A stretch of 64,000 nt of DNA from an uncultured Thermoanaerobaculum sp. (GCA_937934115.1 CALHAH010000011.1:15948-79947); one strand, 5' to 3'. Counted from the stretch's first letter, positions 38,389 to 48,895 are shown. The notes: a model not told the origin generated them from the sequence alone. Program-made: numbers and translations.

Positions 38389-39710
38389 GGATGGGAGCGA
38401 GGCCAGAGGGCGGGGAGGTTCTTCACGAGGTCGTTGGCTAGCACGAACAGGATAAGGGCCATGATCAGCCAAAAACCCACGTTGGTGATGCGTTCCTTGG
38501 TTTTGAAGGAAAAATCCCGTCGCCGCACGCTTTCCACCGCCACGATGAGCAAGTGGCCACCGTCCAAGATGGGGATGGGCAAGGCGTTGAAGATGGCCAG
38601 CTGCAGCGAAATCACACCCAGAAGCCAAATGAGCGGCACCAAACCTGACCTTGCCGCCTCCCCAGAAAACTTGGCAATGTCAATGGGGCCGGACATTTGG
38701 CGAAGGGAAGCCCGGCCCGTAACCATGCGGGACAGTACCCACAGCGTTTCTGCCGTCATTCTCCGGCATTCCAACGCCGCTTCCGCCACGGCGGGGCCGA
38801 GGGGAAGCTTGCGGATGGCTTGCCAAGATGGCATGGGAATCCCCAGCTTTCCCTGCCCTGCTTCTTTCCTGGGTGTGGCCGCAAGCGTCACCAGCTCGCC
38901 ACCGCGCATCACCTGCAAGGAAATCTCTTTTTCCGCCCTTTCCCCCACCAGCCGCACCACGTCGAAGAAGTGCTCCACGGGGTGGCCGTCCACGGCCACG
39001 ATGCGGTCACCGGGCAAAAGCCCTGCGGCTTCTGCCGGCGAGCCTGGCATGACCCGTTGCACTTCGGCGGGGATGGGAGGGGCCAGACCCGCCCACCCCA
39101 AGGCGTAGCGGCTCACGCTCTTGGGCTTTAAGGTAACGGCGAGGTTTTCGCTGCCACGGCGCAACTGCACCAAAAGCACGCGGTTAGGGGAGGAAATCGT
39201 CACCATCTCCAGATCCCGCCAGCGCTTGATGGCTTTCCCATCCACCGCCATCACCTCGTCCCCGGCTTTGATGCCCGCTTCCGCTGCTGGCGAGGACGGA
39301 TCCACCCACCCCACCACTGGTTTTTGGTCCTGCCAAGCCGGCACCTCCACCCCCAGGTTGAAGGCGAGAGCCACAAAGGCGAGGGCCCCCACGACGTTGG
39401 CGAAAGGTCCCGCCACCAAGATCACTGCCCGCTTCCAGCGCGGCAGAAGGGGTACGGGAGCGTGTCCCGCCTGCACCACGTCCGATTCATCGGGTCCTAA
39501 GCCCAAAATCCGGACGTACCCCCCCAGCGGAATGAGGCTCCAGCGGAAGTCCGTACCCCCGCAGCGAAAACCGAAGAGTCTCTTGCCGAAACCCACGGAG
39601 AACACCGCCACCGGTGCCCCCACCAAACGGGCCGCCAAAAAGTGGCCGCCTTCGTGGAGGAGCACTAAAACACCAATGACCACGATCAAGCTCAAAGCGT
39701 TTACCAGCAT
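38385..39710 (-). CDS. rseP: RIP metalloprotease RseP (site-2 protease, M50)
   Basis: HEGGHF (HExxH), two PDZ-like regions and NALPIPILDGGH. The true start is ATG 39710; the track ORF is extended. Confidence 0.92.
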   Translation of the reverse strand: MLVNALSLIVVIGVLVLLHEGGHFLAARLVGAPVAVFSVGFGKRLFGFRCGGTDFRWSLIPLGGYVRILGLGPDESDVVQAGHAPVPLLPRWKRAVILVAGPFANVVGALAFVALAFNLGVEVPAWQDQKPVVGWVDPSSPAAEAGIKAGDEVMAVDGKAIKRWRDLEMVTISSPNRVLLVQLRRGSENLAVTLKPKSVSRYALGWAGLAPPIPAEVQRVMPGSPAEAAGLLPGDRIVAVDGHPVEHFFDVVRLVGERAEKEISLQVMRGGELVTLAATPRKEAGQGKLGIPMPSWQAIRKLPLGPAVAEAALECRRMTAETLWVLSRMVTGRASLRQMSGPIDIAKFSGEAARSGLVPLIWLLGVISLQLAIFNALPIPILDGGHLLIVAVESVRRRDFSFKTKERITNVGFWLIMALILFVLANDLVKNLPALWPRSHP

Positions 39711-39723
39711 GGCCGTCCCTTCT

Positions 39724-40878
39724 TCACAGGGCGAGGCGGGCTCCCCACTCCCTTGCCCTCGCCCGTGCCCGTTGATCCGCGGCCAGCGCCTCTTCCAAGG
39801 AGGCCAAGGGCGCCGCCGGCTCTTCTTCCAAGACCTTGCGCACCAGCTCGGCAATTCCCAAAAAGGGAAGGCGGCCGGCGAGAAAAAGCTCCACCGCCAC
39901 TTCGTTGGCAGCGTTCAGTGCCGCCGGTGCCGTGCCCCCCGCTTGCAGTGCCTGGCGGGCCAGGGCCAAACTTGGGAAGCGATGCTCATCAGGGGGCTCG
40001 AAGTGCAAGCTCCCCACCGCCACCAGGTCAAGCGTACCAAAAGGGCTGGCTAAGCGCTCGGGGTACGCCAGCGCGTAGAGGATGGGGAAGCGCATGTCGT
40101 TTACCGAAAGCTGGGCCATGAGGGTACCATCCACGTACTCCACCAGCGCGTGAACCCGGCTTTCGGGGTGCACCACCACGTCAATGGCCTCGGAGGGGAA
40201 ACCGAAGAGGTGGTGAGCTTCGATAATTTCAAGCCCCTTGTTCATCATGGTAGCTGAGTCCACGGAAATCTTGGCGCCCATGCGCCAAGTGGGGTGGGCC
40301 AAGGCTTGCTCCGGGGTGACCCGGGCCAGCTCGGAGAGGGGCGTGGTGCGAAAAGGCCCCCCCGATGCCGTGAGGATGAGCCTCCGGGCCGTCCCGGGAG
40401 GCCCTACCTGCAGGGCCTGAAAAAGCGCGTTGTGCTCCGAATCCACCGGGATAATCCGGCACTGGCGGCGGCGGGCCTCGGCCATGATGAGCTCCCCAGC
40501 TACCACCAGCGTTTCCTTGTTGGCCAAGAGAAGCTCTTTGCCTGCCTGCACCGCTGCATATGTGGCCGGCAACCCCAGCGCCCCCACCAACGCCGCCACC
40601 ACGGTGGTGGCTTGGGGGTACGTGGCCACCGCGAGCCGCCCTTCCTCACCGGCGAGCACCGGCAGCATGGGAAAGCGTTGGGCGAGCGTCAGCGCTTTTT
40701 CTTCGTCGGCCACGGCCACCAAGCGCGGCTGAAACTCTTCAACTTGGCGTGCCAAAAGCTCCAGGTTGCCACCCGCGGCCAAGGCCACCACCTGGAAACG
40801 GTCTGGAAAATGGCGCACCACATCCAAAGTGGCGGTGCCGATGGAGCCAGTGGAACCAAGGATGCTGAGGACCTTCAC
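39724..40878 (-). CDS. dxr: 1-deoxy-D-xylulose 5-phosphate reductoisomerase
   Basis: ILGSTGSIGT, SEHNALFQ and the conserved uppS-cdsA-dxr-rseP synteny. Confidence 0.96.
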   Translation of the reverse strand: MKVLSILGSTGSIGTATLDVVRHFPDRFQVVALAAGGNLELLARQVEEFQPRLVAVADEEKALTLAQRFPMLPVLAGEEGRLAVATYPQATTVVAALVGALGLPATYAAVQAGKELLLANKETLVVAGELIMAEARRRQCRIIPVDSEHNALFQALQVGPPGTARRLILTASGGPFRTTPLSELARVTPEQALAHPTWRMGAKISVDSATMMNKGLEIIEAHHLFGFPSEAIDVVVHPESRVHALVEYVDGTLMAQLSVNDMRFPILYALAYPERLASPFGTLDLVAVGSLHFEPPDEHRFPSLALARQALQAGGTAPAALNAANEVAVELFLAGRLPFLGIAELVRKVLEEEPAAPLASLEEALAADQRARARAREWGARLAL

Positions 40879-41684
40879 CGTGGCAAGCTCAAAGTCAGCA
40901 ACGCCCAGGTAAACGGTGCAGAAAAGAATAGCGAGTCCGTGCGGTCCAAAAAACCACCGTGACCGGGAATAAGGTCTGAGGAGTCTTTAACGCCCACATC
41001 CCTTTTAAACAGGGATTCCACCAAGTCACCCAAAGGCGCTAAAACTGAAAGCAAAATGGCTTCCGCCCACGCCACCGGCCACGGGAGCTCGCCAAAAAAC
41101 ACCGTTCGGCAAAACCACACCCCAAAAAACGTCAGTGCCGTGCCCCCGAGGATACCCTCCCAGGATTTTTTCGGACTCACCCTGGGGGCCAGCTTATGTT
41201 TGCCCCACCGCACCCCCACGTAGTACGCGCCGGAATCACCACCCCAAATGGTGAGGCAGTGCAGCAGCACCACCTTCCACCCCAACTGGGCACCAAAGCT
41301 CAAGCGCAAAAGCCCCATAGCCCCCACGGTGACGGCAAAGTAAAAGGCTACAAAAAAAGAGCCGGCTATGGCGGCGCTGGCCCCTGCCACTGGACCGCGC
41401 AGCAAAAGGTACACAACCGGAAGCAGGAGCAGCAAGGCACCGGTGAACCAAGCCCAGAGCTCCAGGTCCTGCTGCCATACCACCACGGCCCCGACGCCGC
41501 TGGCAGCCAACGTGGGCACCAGCAGCACGGGATGACCCTTGAGGCGAAAAAGTGCCACCAGCTCCCAGGCTGCCAGAAGCCCCACCACCATCACTGCCGT
41601 CAGGTAAACCCAAGGTGGAAGCCACACGATGGCAGCGAGGATGATGGGCAGCAAAACAAAAGCCGTGGTTTCCCGGGCCCCCAC
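40875..41684 (-). CDS. cdsA: phosphatidate cytidylyltransferase
   Basis: Multi-TM protein. C-terminal signature SLFKRDVGVKDSSDLIPGHGGFLDRTDS. Confidence 0.9.
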   Translation of the reverse strand: MGARETTAFVLLPIILAAIVWLPPWVYLTAVMVVGLLAAWELVALFRLKGHPVLLVPTLAASGVGAVVVWQQDLELWAWFTGALLLLLPVVYLLLRGPVAGASAAIAGSFFVAFYFAVTVGAMGLLRLSFGAQLGWKVVLLHCLTIWGGDSGAYYVGVRWGKHKLAPRVSPKKSWEGILGGTALTFFGVWFCRTVFFGELPWPVAWAEAILLSVLAPLGDLVESLFKRDVGVKDSSDLIPGHGGFLDRTDSLFFSAPFTWALLTLSLPR

Positions 41685-42473
41685 CTAGCTTTCCTCCGTT
41701 TCTTCCGGAACCCCCCCGAACCGCCGCTCCCTCTTGGCGAAGTCGGCCACAGCAGCAATGAGGTCGCGAGCACGAAAGTCGGGCCACAGCACCGGGGTAA
41801 TGACAAGCTCGGTATAGGCAATTTGCCACAGCAGGAAGTTGGAAATGCGCATTTCCCCGGAAGTGCGGATGAGGAGGTCGGGGTCCGGGGTGCCGGCGGT
41901 GGCCAGGTGGGCCGTCACCCACGCCTCATCCACCTCTTCTTCGCGCAGGCGTCCCTCCCGCGCTAAGCGAACGGCTTCTCGTACCGTGTCGGTAAGCTCT
42001 GCCCTCCCCGAGTAGTTAAGGGCAATTTGGAAAAAAAGGCCTGTATTTGAAGCCGTCGCTTCCACCGCTTGGGCGAGACCCTTTTGGATCTCCGGCTCCA
42101 ACTCCTGGATACGGCCAATGGGACGAAAGCGGATGTTGTTTTCCACCAACGTATGGAGTTCCTTGTGCAGGTACTCCTTCAAAAGCGCCATGAGCGTAAG
42201 CACTTCCCAGCGAGGGCGCCGCCAGTTCTCGGTGGAAAAGGCATACAGCGTAAGCACCGGGATTTGCAGGCAACCAGCCGCCTCCACCGCGCTACGGACC
42301 GCTTCGATACCGGCCCTGTGGCCCTCTACCCGCGGCAAGCCCCTTTTTTTGGCCCACCGGCCGTTGCCGTCCATGATGATGGCCACATGCTTGGGAAACC
42401 TTTCGCGTGGGATGCTCTCCAGGAGCCTTCGCTCCTCGCTACCAGGCGGCGCGATGCGATCCACGTCCTTCAT
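41685..42473 (-). CDS. uppS: isoprenyl transferase (undecaprenyl diphosphate synthase)
   Basis: HVAIIMDGNGRWAKKRGL and FSTENWRRP. The true ATG is at 42473. Confidence 0.95.
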   Translation of the reverse strand: MKDVDRIAPPGSEERRLLESIPRERFPKHVAIIMDGNGRWAKKRGLPRVEGHRAGIEAVRSAVEAAGCLQIPVLTLYAFSTENWRRPRWEVLTLMALLKEYLHKELHTLVENNIRFRPIGRIQELEPEIQKGLAQAVEATASNTGLFFQIALNYSGRAELTDTVREAVRLAREGRLREEEVDEAWVTAHLATAGTPDPDLLIRTSGEMRISNFLLWQIAYTELVITPVLWPDFRARDLIAAVADFAKRERRFGGVPEETEES

Positions 42474-42522
42474 GGACCGCGGCAGTCTAACACGTCTGTA
42501 AAAGTGCAAAGTCCGGCACTTT

Positions 42523-43281
42523 TTACGGGGGCGTACCCCAGCGCTGAGGCCGACGGTAAAAAACCCGCTCCAGGGTGAGCCCGTGAGGCGGCGCTGTGGG
42601 GGCTGGGGGGAGCCCTCCTTTGGCAGCCAGGAGACCCTGAAGCCAGGAAAGCTCTTGGCGTCCTTGGGCCACCTCCAGCGCCGCTCCCACCAGGCGACGG
42701 ACCATACCCCGCAAGAACCCGTCCCCCTCAAAGACGATGTCCGCCTTCCCTTGACCGCCAGTCAAGGCCGCAACGAAAAGAGTTCGTACCGTCCCCCTCG
42801 TGCCGTGTCCTGTGTGTCCGGAAAGGGAAAAACAGAGAAAATCGTGTTCTCCGGGGAGCAAACGCAAAGCTTTTGCCAGCATTTCCAGGTCGGGTGGCCG
42901 CGGCAGCCACAGCCGGCGAAGCCCTTCCCACGGGGGAAGCAGCTTCCCCCAGGCAAGCCGGTAACAGTAACGCTTGCCCACCGCTGAGCGCCGGGCGTGA
43001 AAGGAAAAAGGGACAGGAGCCACGTGTAAAACCCTCAGATCCCAGGGCAACAAGCCGTTGATCGCTTGCAAAACACCCGCCGGGGGAATGGCCAGAGGAG
43101 GGTCACAATGGGCGATTTGCGCGGCGGCGTGCACACCCGCATCGGTGCGCCCCGCCCCTACCGTGGAGACAGGCTGGCGGTAGAGACGGGCCAGGGCCTT
43201 TTCCAGTTCCCCTTGTACGGTACGAGCGTTATCTTGCTTTTGCCAACCTGCGAAGTAGGTACCGAGGTAAGCGATGCGCAT
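42523..43281 (-). CDS. truA: tRNA pseudouridine(38-40) synthase
   Basis: MRIAYLGTYFAGWQKQ and GAGRTDAGVHA (catalytic Asp). Confidence 0.93.
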   Translation of the reverse strand: MRIAYLGTYFAGWQKQDNARTVQGELEKALARLYRQPVSTVGAGRTDAGVHAAAQIAHCDPPLAIPPAGVLQAINGLLPWDLRVLHVAPVPFSFHARRSAVGKRYCYRLAWGKLLPPWEGLRRLWLPRPPDLEMLAKALRLLPGEHDFLCFSLSGHTGHGTRGTVRTLFVAALTGGQGKADIVFEGDGFLRGMVRRLVGAALEVAQGRQELSWLQGLLAAKGGLPPAPTAPPHGLTLERVFYRRPQRWGTPP

Positions 43282-43369
43282 CCGCAAGCGTGGTCCCATG
43301 TGGGTATTATGAAGGGCAGGAAGGCAGCATGGGTTTTGGGTACAATGCCCGAGAGGAACGGAGGAGGCG

Positions 43370-45157
43370 ATGAAGACTCTCCAGGACCTGTTTTTTTATA
43401 TCGTTGGCAACTTCCCCCCGCGTAAGGTTTTACTGCGCATAAAAGAGGGCAGGGGGTGGCGGGAGGTGACGGTCAAGGAATTCGAAAAGGCGGTGAGAGA
43501 ACTGGCGCAGAAGCTTTTGGCCCTGGGCATCCGTCCCGGGGACAGAGTGGCGCTTTTTTCCGAAAACCGCCCCGAGTGGCATATGGTGGACTTCGCATGT
43601 CAGCTGGTTGGGGCTGTGGATGTGCCGCTGTACGCCACCCTGCCGGCGCCCCACGTGCGTTACATCGTCCAGGACGCTGGCGCCAGGCTCCTTTTCGTTT
43701 CCGGCAAGGAACGGGCACGGGTGGCTTTGGAGGCTTGTTCTGGCCTGGATGTGGAGGTAGTGGGTATAGACCCTGACCTCGCACCCGGTCTGCGCTGTCT
43801 TGCCGATTTGCCTTTGCCTCCGAAGCGCAAGCAAAAGGAGTTTCCTGTGGTTGGCGAAGAAGACCTGGCAACCCTCATTTACACTTCGGGCACCACTGGC
43901 GAACCCAAGGGCGTCATGCTCACCCACCGTAACCTCATCTCTCAAGTTAACGCGGTGCGCCCGCTTTTCCCCATTACTGACAAAGATATTTCCATGTCCT
44001 TCTTGCCTTTATCCCACTCGTACGAGCGCACGGTGGACTACGTCTTCTTGCAGTACGGTGTGCAGATCAACTACGTGGAATCCATCGAAAAAGTACCTAT
44101 GCAGCTTACGGAAATTCGGCCCACCCTCATGGTTTCTGTGCCTCGCCTTTACGAGCGCTCCTACATCAAGATCCTTTCCAAGATTCAGCAGGAAGGTGGT
44201 ACCAAACGGCGTCTGTTCCACTGGGCCTTGTCGGTAGGTCGAAAAGTCAAGGAAGCGGAGTGGCGGGGGGAAAAAGCTTCGGCTTTCCTCCGGGGTCAGT
44301 ACGCGGTCGCCAAGGCCCGCATTTTTTCCAAGGTGTTGGAGCGCCTGGGTGGCCGGTTGCGTTTCACGGTATCGGGGGGAGCCCCGCTGTCCCGCGAGGT
44401 GGGGGAGTTTTTTGACATTGTGGGGCTGCCCATTTTGCAAGGCTATGGGCTCACCGAAAGCTCGCCGGTGATTTCCGTCAACCGCTTAGATGCCAACCGC
44501 ATTGGCTCGGCAGGGCAAGTGTTACCGGGAGTGGAGGTGCGCATTGCCGAGGACGGTGAGATCTTGGCCCGTGGCCCTAACATCATGAAGGGCTACTGGA
44601 ACAAACCGGAAGCCACCGCTGAGGCCATTGACAAGGAGGGTTTCCTTCACACCGGTGACGTGGGGTACATTGACGCCGATGGCTACCTGTTCATTACCGA
44701 CCGGAAGAAAGACATCATCGTAACGTCCGGCGGGAAGAACGTGGCCCCGCAGCCCATCGAGGGCAAGCTAGGGGCGACCGCGTACATTGCCCAAGCGGTG
44801 GTGATCGGGGATCGCTACCCCTACTTGACCGCGCTCATCGTGCCCAACTTTGAAAACCTGGAAACCTACTTTGCCGAGAAGGGAATGAAAGGGCTTTCCC
44901 GCGAGGAAATGGCGGCCCATCCGGACACCGAAAGGTTGGTTGCCGAGGCTGTGAAAAAGGTGAACTTGGAGTTGGCTTCCCACGAGCGCATTCGCCGGTT
45001 TTCCGTGCTTTTCCGGGAGTTTTCCCTGGAGGCCGGGGAGCTCACTCCCACCATGAAAGTTCGCCGCCGGGTGGTGGCCGAGCGCTACCGGGACGTCATT
45101 GAGGCCATGTACCTCAAGACTCAAAAGGCCTTCGACTTGGGCGCTGGAGAGGACTAA
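43370..45157 (+). CDS. fadD: long-chain fatty acid-CoA ligase (AMP-forming)
   Basis: YTSGTTGEPKGVMLTHRN AMP-binding motif, GYGLTE, TGDVGYIDADGY; 595 aa. Confidence 0.9.
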   Translation: MKTLQDLFFYIVGNFPPRKVLLRIKEGRGWREVTVKEFEKAVRELAQKLLALGIRPGDRVALFSENRPEWHMVDFACQLVGAVDVPLYATLPAPHVRYIVQDAGARLLFVSGKERARVALEACSGLDVEVVGIDPDLAPGLRCLADLPLPPKRKQKEFPVVGEEDLATLIYTSGTTGEPKGVMLTHRNLISQVNAVRPLFPITDKDISMSFLPLSHSYERTVDYVFLQYGVQINYVESIEKVPMQLTEIRPTLMVSVPRLYERSYIKILSKIQQEGGTKRRLFHWALSVGRKVKEAEWRGEKASAFLRGQYAVAKARIFSKVLERLGGRLRFTVSGGAPLSREVGEFFDIVGLPILQGYGLTESSPVISVNRLDANRIGSAGQVLPGVEVRIAEDGEILARGPNIMKGYWNKPEATAEAIDKEGFLHTGDVGYIDADGYLFITDRKKDIIVTSGGKNVAPQPIEGKLGATAYIAQAVVIGDRYPYLTALIVPNFENLETYFAEKGMKGLSREEMAAHPDTERLVAEAVKKVNLELASHERIRRFSVLFREFSLEAGELTPTMKVRRRVVAERYRDVIEAMYLKTQKAFDLGAGED

Positions 45158-45861
45158 CCTTGGCGCGGCCTCGCCAAGAGCGAAAGGCAAACTGGGAGAA
45201 ACAGCTGGGGGCTTAAGGACGGGAGCACTGCATCCGGTTGCGCCCGCACTAACTGAGAAGCGGTATGGGTATGGCCCGCCACGACTATGGCCTTGGCACC
45301 CCAAACCTTGGCACAGGCCACATCGGCCGGTGTGTCTCCCACCACTGCGGTTTGCTGCGGGGAAAAGCGCACACCGAAGGCCCTTTGCGCTCGTTCCCAA
45401 GCGTAGGGGAGGAGCTGGTTGCGATTGGGAGAGTCGCAGCCAAAGGCACCCAGGGCAAAGTAGCCCGCAAGGCCGGCCAGCTCCAACTTGAGCTGTGCTC
45501 CCTCGCGGATGTTTCCAGTCAAAAGCCCCAACACCACGTGCGGGTGCATGGCCAGCACCGGGAGCAACTGGGCGACGCCGGGTAAGAGACGAATATGCTC
45601 GTGCTTGAGGACCTGGGGGAGGACCTCTTGATAGGCGCGCAAAACTCGCGCCGCGAGATGGTCTCCCGTTTTCTGGTTATCGTTTAAGGTGGCCAGGAGA
45701 TCAGCAACGATTTGCGGGTCGGTTTTGCCAGCGGGAGAGTAGCCCTCTACTCGCGGCTCGGCTCCCACCACCTGGCGAAAAGCTCCCAAAAGCGCGGCGA
45801 ACGCCTTTCCCTGACTGGAGATCAGGGTGCCGTCAATGTCAAAGAGAAGCAAGAAACGCAC
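45154..45861 (-). CDS. HAD-superfamily hydrolase (phosphoglycolate phosphatase-like)
   Basis: FDIDGTL motif I, LLTGN and VVGDTPADV motifs. Confidence 0.8.
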   Translation of the reverse strand: MRFLLLFDIDGTLISSQGKAFAALLGAFRQVVGAEPRVEGYSPAGKTDPQIVADLLATLNDNQKTGDHLAARVLRAYQEVLPQVLKHEHIRLLPGVAQLLPVLAMHPHVVLGLLTGNIREGAQLKLELAGLAGYFALGAFGCDSPNRNQLLPYAWERAQRAFGVRFSPQQTAVVGDTPADVACAKVWGAKAIVVAGHTHTASQLVRAQPDAVLPSLSPQLFLPVCLSLLARPRQG

Positions 45862-45943
45862 GGTGCAAGTTTACAGGGGAAAGTCAAAGGTGGCGCCCCG
45901 GCGCCTGGTGCCCCACTGGCCACAAGGGCTTCACCCTTTGGGT

Positions 45944-45973
45944 TTGACAGGTTCCGCCCCCCGCTCGTAGCAT
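45944..45973 (+). promoter_or_regulatory. sigma-70-like promoter candidate
   Basis: TTGACA (45944-49), 18 nt spacer, TAGCAT (45968-73). GGGAGG then precedes GTG 45993. Confidence 0.35.
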
Positions 45974-45992
45974 TAGCGCGGGAGGTATCGGG

Positions 45993-46685
45993 GTGCTCAC
46001 GGGGTTCAACACCGATATTGAGTATGCGGGGACTACCTACCACGTGCAAACTGAAGACCGCGGTGAAAAAAATCCCCTCATCGAGTCCCTTATTTATGTG
46101 GGCGGCGAAATTCTGGCCAGCCGCCGTACCGAGTACCGCAACCTCTTGGAAGCGGGGGCGGATGAAAATGCCATTCGCATCCTCATGGAGCGCCAGCATC
46201 GGGCGATAGTGGAGGCTATCCGCTCGGGTCGCCTGGATCTTTTGACGCAGCCGGCGGCCAGCGACGAGGGGGATACTACGGTGGTCGCACGGTCGCCATT
46301 GGCGGCATCTGTCCGCAAGGTGGAAACCTCCCGTTCTTTGGACGAGGTGATTGCCCGTTGGTTGGAGGAGCAAGGCCGCGGCGTTACTCTCAAGTTGCAC
46401 GTGGAGGGGGCCGAGCGCTTGGTGGCGGGCAGACCCTTTGCCGTGACCGTGAGGACCTTGAACCAAGATGAGGGCAAGGGCATCCCAGCGCAGGTGGAAA
46501 TCCGTTTTGTTTCCACGGCCACCAAGCCCATCGTGCTCACCGCGGGTTCTACGAATGAGGAAGGGGTTTTTGTGGCCGAAGGCACCCTCCCACCGTTGGA
46601 GAAGGGCACGGGTATTTTGGTGGTGAGTGCCCGGGCGAGCAGCGGCAGCGTGGCGGAAGCAAAGTACCTGGTGAATAAGGTTTAA
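45993..46685 (+). CDS. hypothetical protein (230 aa)
   Basis: Plausible composition (NTDIEYAGTTYHVQTEDRGEKNPLIESLIYVGGEIL...) with an SD and promoter upstream. The opposite-strand ORF 45822..46775 looks like a shadow frame. Confidence 0.6.
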   Translation: MLTGFNTDIEYAGTTYHVQTEDRGEKNPLIESLIYVGGEILASRRTEYRNLLEAGADENAIRILMERQHRAIVEAIRSGRLDLLTQPAASDEGDTTVVARSPLAASVRKVETSRSLDEVIARWLEEQGRGVTLKLHVEGAERLVAGRPFAVTVRTLNQDEGKGIPAQVEIRFVSTATKPIVLTAGSTNEEGVFVAEGTLPPLEKGTGILVVSARASSGSVAEAKYLVNKV

Positions 46686-47590
46686 GCTTCCAGGCGACGA
46701 CGGAAAAAGGCTTCGAGCCCGGCCCTGATAATGTTTGGGTTTTCCCGCAACCGCCGCACCGAGTACGGGTACCAATGGGAGCCAAAGGGCACGTACACGC
46801 GCAGCTTATGGCCCGCGTTGACGAGAATGCGGCGTAAGGCTGGGTCCACCCCCAAGAGCATTTGAAACTCGAAGCGTTCTTGGGGCACCTGCATTTTCTC
46901 TGCTAAAGCCAAAGTCTGCTCAATCAGCCACTCATCGTGGGTGGCAACGGCCACGTAGCCGTTGCCGGCAAAAAGGGCTTCCAGAGCATGGACGAACGCC
47001 CAGCGGATAATGTCGGGTTCTTCATACGCGATAGTTCTGGGCTCCAAGTAGATGCCCTTGCAAAGCCGAACGTTTGTGCCCTCGTTACCCAGCTTTTTGG
47101 CGTCGGCAAGGGTTCGCCGGAGCCTCGCCTGCAGCACCACCCCCAGATTGGAATACTCCTCGCGCAGCGTCTTGTAAATGCGGAGGGTGGCATCGGTGGT
47201 GGTGGCATCTTCCATGTCAATGCGCACGAAAATCCCAAGGCGGGCCGCCTCCGCCACCACTTGCCGGAGGTTGGCCAGCGCCAGTTCCTCCCCAATCCCC
47301 AGACCCATTTGCGTGGGCTTCACAGAAATGTTGGCGGTGAGCTTCCGTTCGGTAATGGTGGCCAGCACTTCGCGGTAGGCGGCCACCGCTTGCGATGCCA
47401 GCTGGGGGTTGCGAACTGCTTCCCCCAGCACGTCTATGGTGGCACAGCACCCTTCTCCCATAAGACGGTTCACGGTCCTTACCGCGTCTTCCAGACTCGC
47501 GCCGGCCACGTAGCGTTTTGCGAAAAAACGCACAATGAACTTAGGGGTAAAAGGGAGGGACGCTTTGAGGAGACGGTTGACAAAACTCAT
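46682..47590 (-). CDS. proline dehydrogenase (monofunctional PRODH)
   Basis: LQARLRRT, VRLCKGIY, FEFQMLLGV, VYVPFG..WYPYSVRRLRENP. Confidence 0.85.
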   Translation of the reverse strand: MSFVNRLLKASLPFTPKFIVRFFAKRYVAGASLEDAVRTVNRLMGEGCCATIDVLGEAVRNPQLASQAVAAYREVLATITERKLTANISVKPTQMGLGIGEELALANLRQVVAEAARLGIFVRIDMEDATTTDATLRIYKTLREEYSNLGVVLQARLRRTLADAKKLGNEGTNVRLCKGIYLEPRTIAYEEPDIIRWAFVHALEALFAGNGYVAVATHDEWLIEQTLALAEKMQVPQERFEFQMLLGVDPALRRILVNAGHKLRVYVPFGSHWYPYSVRRLRENPNIIRAGLEAFFRRRLEA

Positions 47591-47593
47591 GGT

Positions 47594-48286
47594 TCACCTC
47601 TTGAGGGCTTTCGCCAGGGCCAGCACCCACACTTCCTTTGCCCCTGACCGCTTCAAGGCTCGGGTGCAGGCGGCGGCGGTGGCACCGGTGGTCACCACGT
47701 CGTCCACCAACACCACGCGCTGGGGTGACGGGCCGGTGGGTTCAAAAGCGCGGGCCACCTGTTCGTGGCGGGATGTACGGCTTTGCCCTTTTTGTGTTCC
47801 GGAAGCCACCCGCCGTAAAAGTTTTTTTTGCGGCCAAGAGGCCAACCTTGCCACTTCCGTGGCTAGAAGCTCAGCTTGGTTGTAGCCGCGCCGCAGGCGG
47901 CGCCAAGGGCGCATGGGGACGAAGGTTACGGTGGGTTTTTCAGACAAAGCGAAGCTTTGTGCCCGACGCCACAGGTACGGGGCGCACGCGCGAGCCAGCT
48001 CATCCCGCCCGTTTTTGAAAAGCAAAACCAGCTCACGGGCGCTTCCCTCGTACGCAAAAACGGCGGCGAAGCGCCGCCATGGGGGTGGTGAGGTCTGACA
48101 GGAGAGGCACGGTTGGACTTCTGTGGGCTCACCGCACGTCTCACAGGCCGCGTCAGGAAGCCGGGGCAAAGCCTGCCAGCAGGCGTTGCAAACTCCAGCG
48201 CTGGAAGCCACCGGTAAGCTGCCCCGGCAGAGGAGACAGCGGGCGGGAAGGAGGGCCTGCACCAGGGAGTCGACCACAAACCCCAT
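47594..48286 (-). CDS. comF: ComF family phosphoribosyltransferase-like protein
   Basis: N-terminal Cys pairs (CLLC...CNAC...CETC...CLSC) and the PRT motif VVLVDDVVTTGAT. The true start is ATG 48286; the rest of the 455-aa track ORF is a shadow extension. Confidence 0.8.
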   Translation of the reverse strand: MGFVVDSLVQALLPARCLLCRGSLPVASSAGVCNACWQALPRLPDAACETCGEPTEVQPCLSCQTSPPPWRRFAAVFAYEGSARELVLLFKNGRDELARACAPYLWRRAQSFALSEKPTVTFVPMRPWRRLRRGYNQAELLATEVARLASWPQKKLLRRVASGTQKGQSRTSRHEQVARAFEPTGPSPQRVVLVDDVVTTGATAAACTRALKRSGAKEVWVLALAKALKR

Positions 48287-48355
48287 GCTCCGCAAGTGTA
48301 GCAGCTTGCCAACGGAAAAGGTGCGGTTCGCGTATACTGCCACGCGGAGGGTTCC

Positions 48356-48895
48356 ATGCGAGGGTTGCGGCTCGTCCCCGGTTTGTTGCTTTTTGGAGCT
48401 TGCGGTTGGGCTCAGGCCGTGTACTTGGGTGCAGGCGCCGGCGCGGTTTGGGAACGGCGAGCACCCGTGGCGCCTTTCAAAGAGTGGTTTCACGCGGACC
48501 GCCCAGCAACTAGCTTTTTCGTGGCGCTGCCGCTGGACGAGGGAACGCTCTTTCGCCTGGAGAAGGTGGATCTTCCCCATGATGTGCGGTGGCAGAGCTT
48601 GAACTGGAAGGCCAGACTTTCCGGTTGGACTGCCGGGGTGGACTACTTTTTGCCCGGGGTTTGGGGCCAGGCACTGGTTTCTGCCGGGGTAGGAACCTAC
48701 CGGTTGGATTTGGCCGCACGGGTGCCACCGAAGGGCGTGGAGGACACGCGGTTCGGTTGGTACCTCAAGGTGGGAGAGTGGTTCTCCCTGACAAAGAGGT
48801 TGCAGTTTGCGGCGGAGGTGGCCTACCACCGTACCAACCATGCTGGCCAGCCGCAGGTGCTCGCTGCTTCTGGGGCCTTGGTTTTCAAGCTGTAA
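48356..48895 (+). CDS. putative small outer-membrane beta-barrel protein
   Basis: Signal peptide ending AQA, alternating hydrophobic beta-like segments and a C-terminal ...ALVFKL. GGAGGG upstream. Confidence 0.5.
   Translation: MRGLRLVPGLLLFGACGWAQAVYLGAGAGAVWERRAPVAPFKEWFHADRPATSFFVALPLDEGTLFRLEKVDLPHDVRWQSLNWKARLSGWTAGVDYFLPGVWGQALVSAGVGTYRLDLAARVPPKGVEDTRFGWYLKVGEWFSLTKRLQFAAEVAYHRTNHAGQPQVLAASGALVFKL

Noticed and set aside
45822-46775. 317-aa minus-strand ORF overlapping the 45993..46685 hypothetical gene
   Set aside because: It is His/Arg/Gly-rich with no start context, and it also runs into the neighbouring proline dehydrogenase and HAD genes. The plus-strand frame has an SD, a promoter and a natural protein-like composition.
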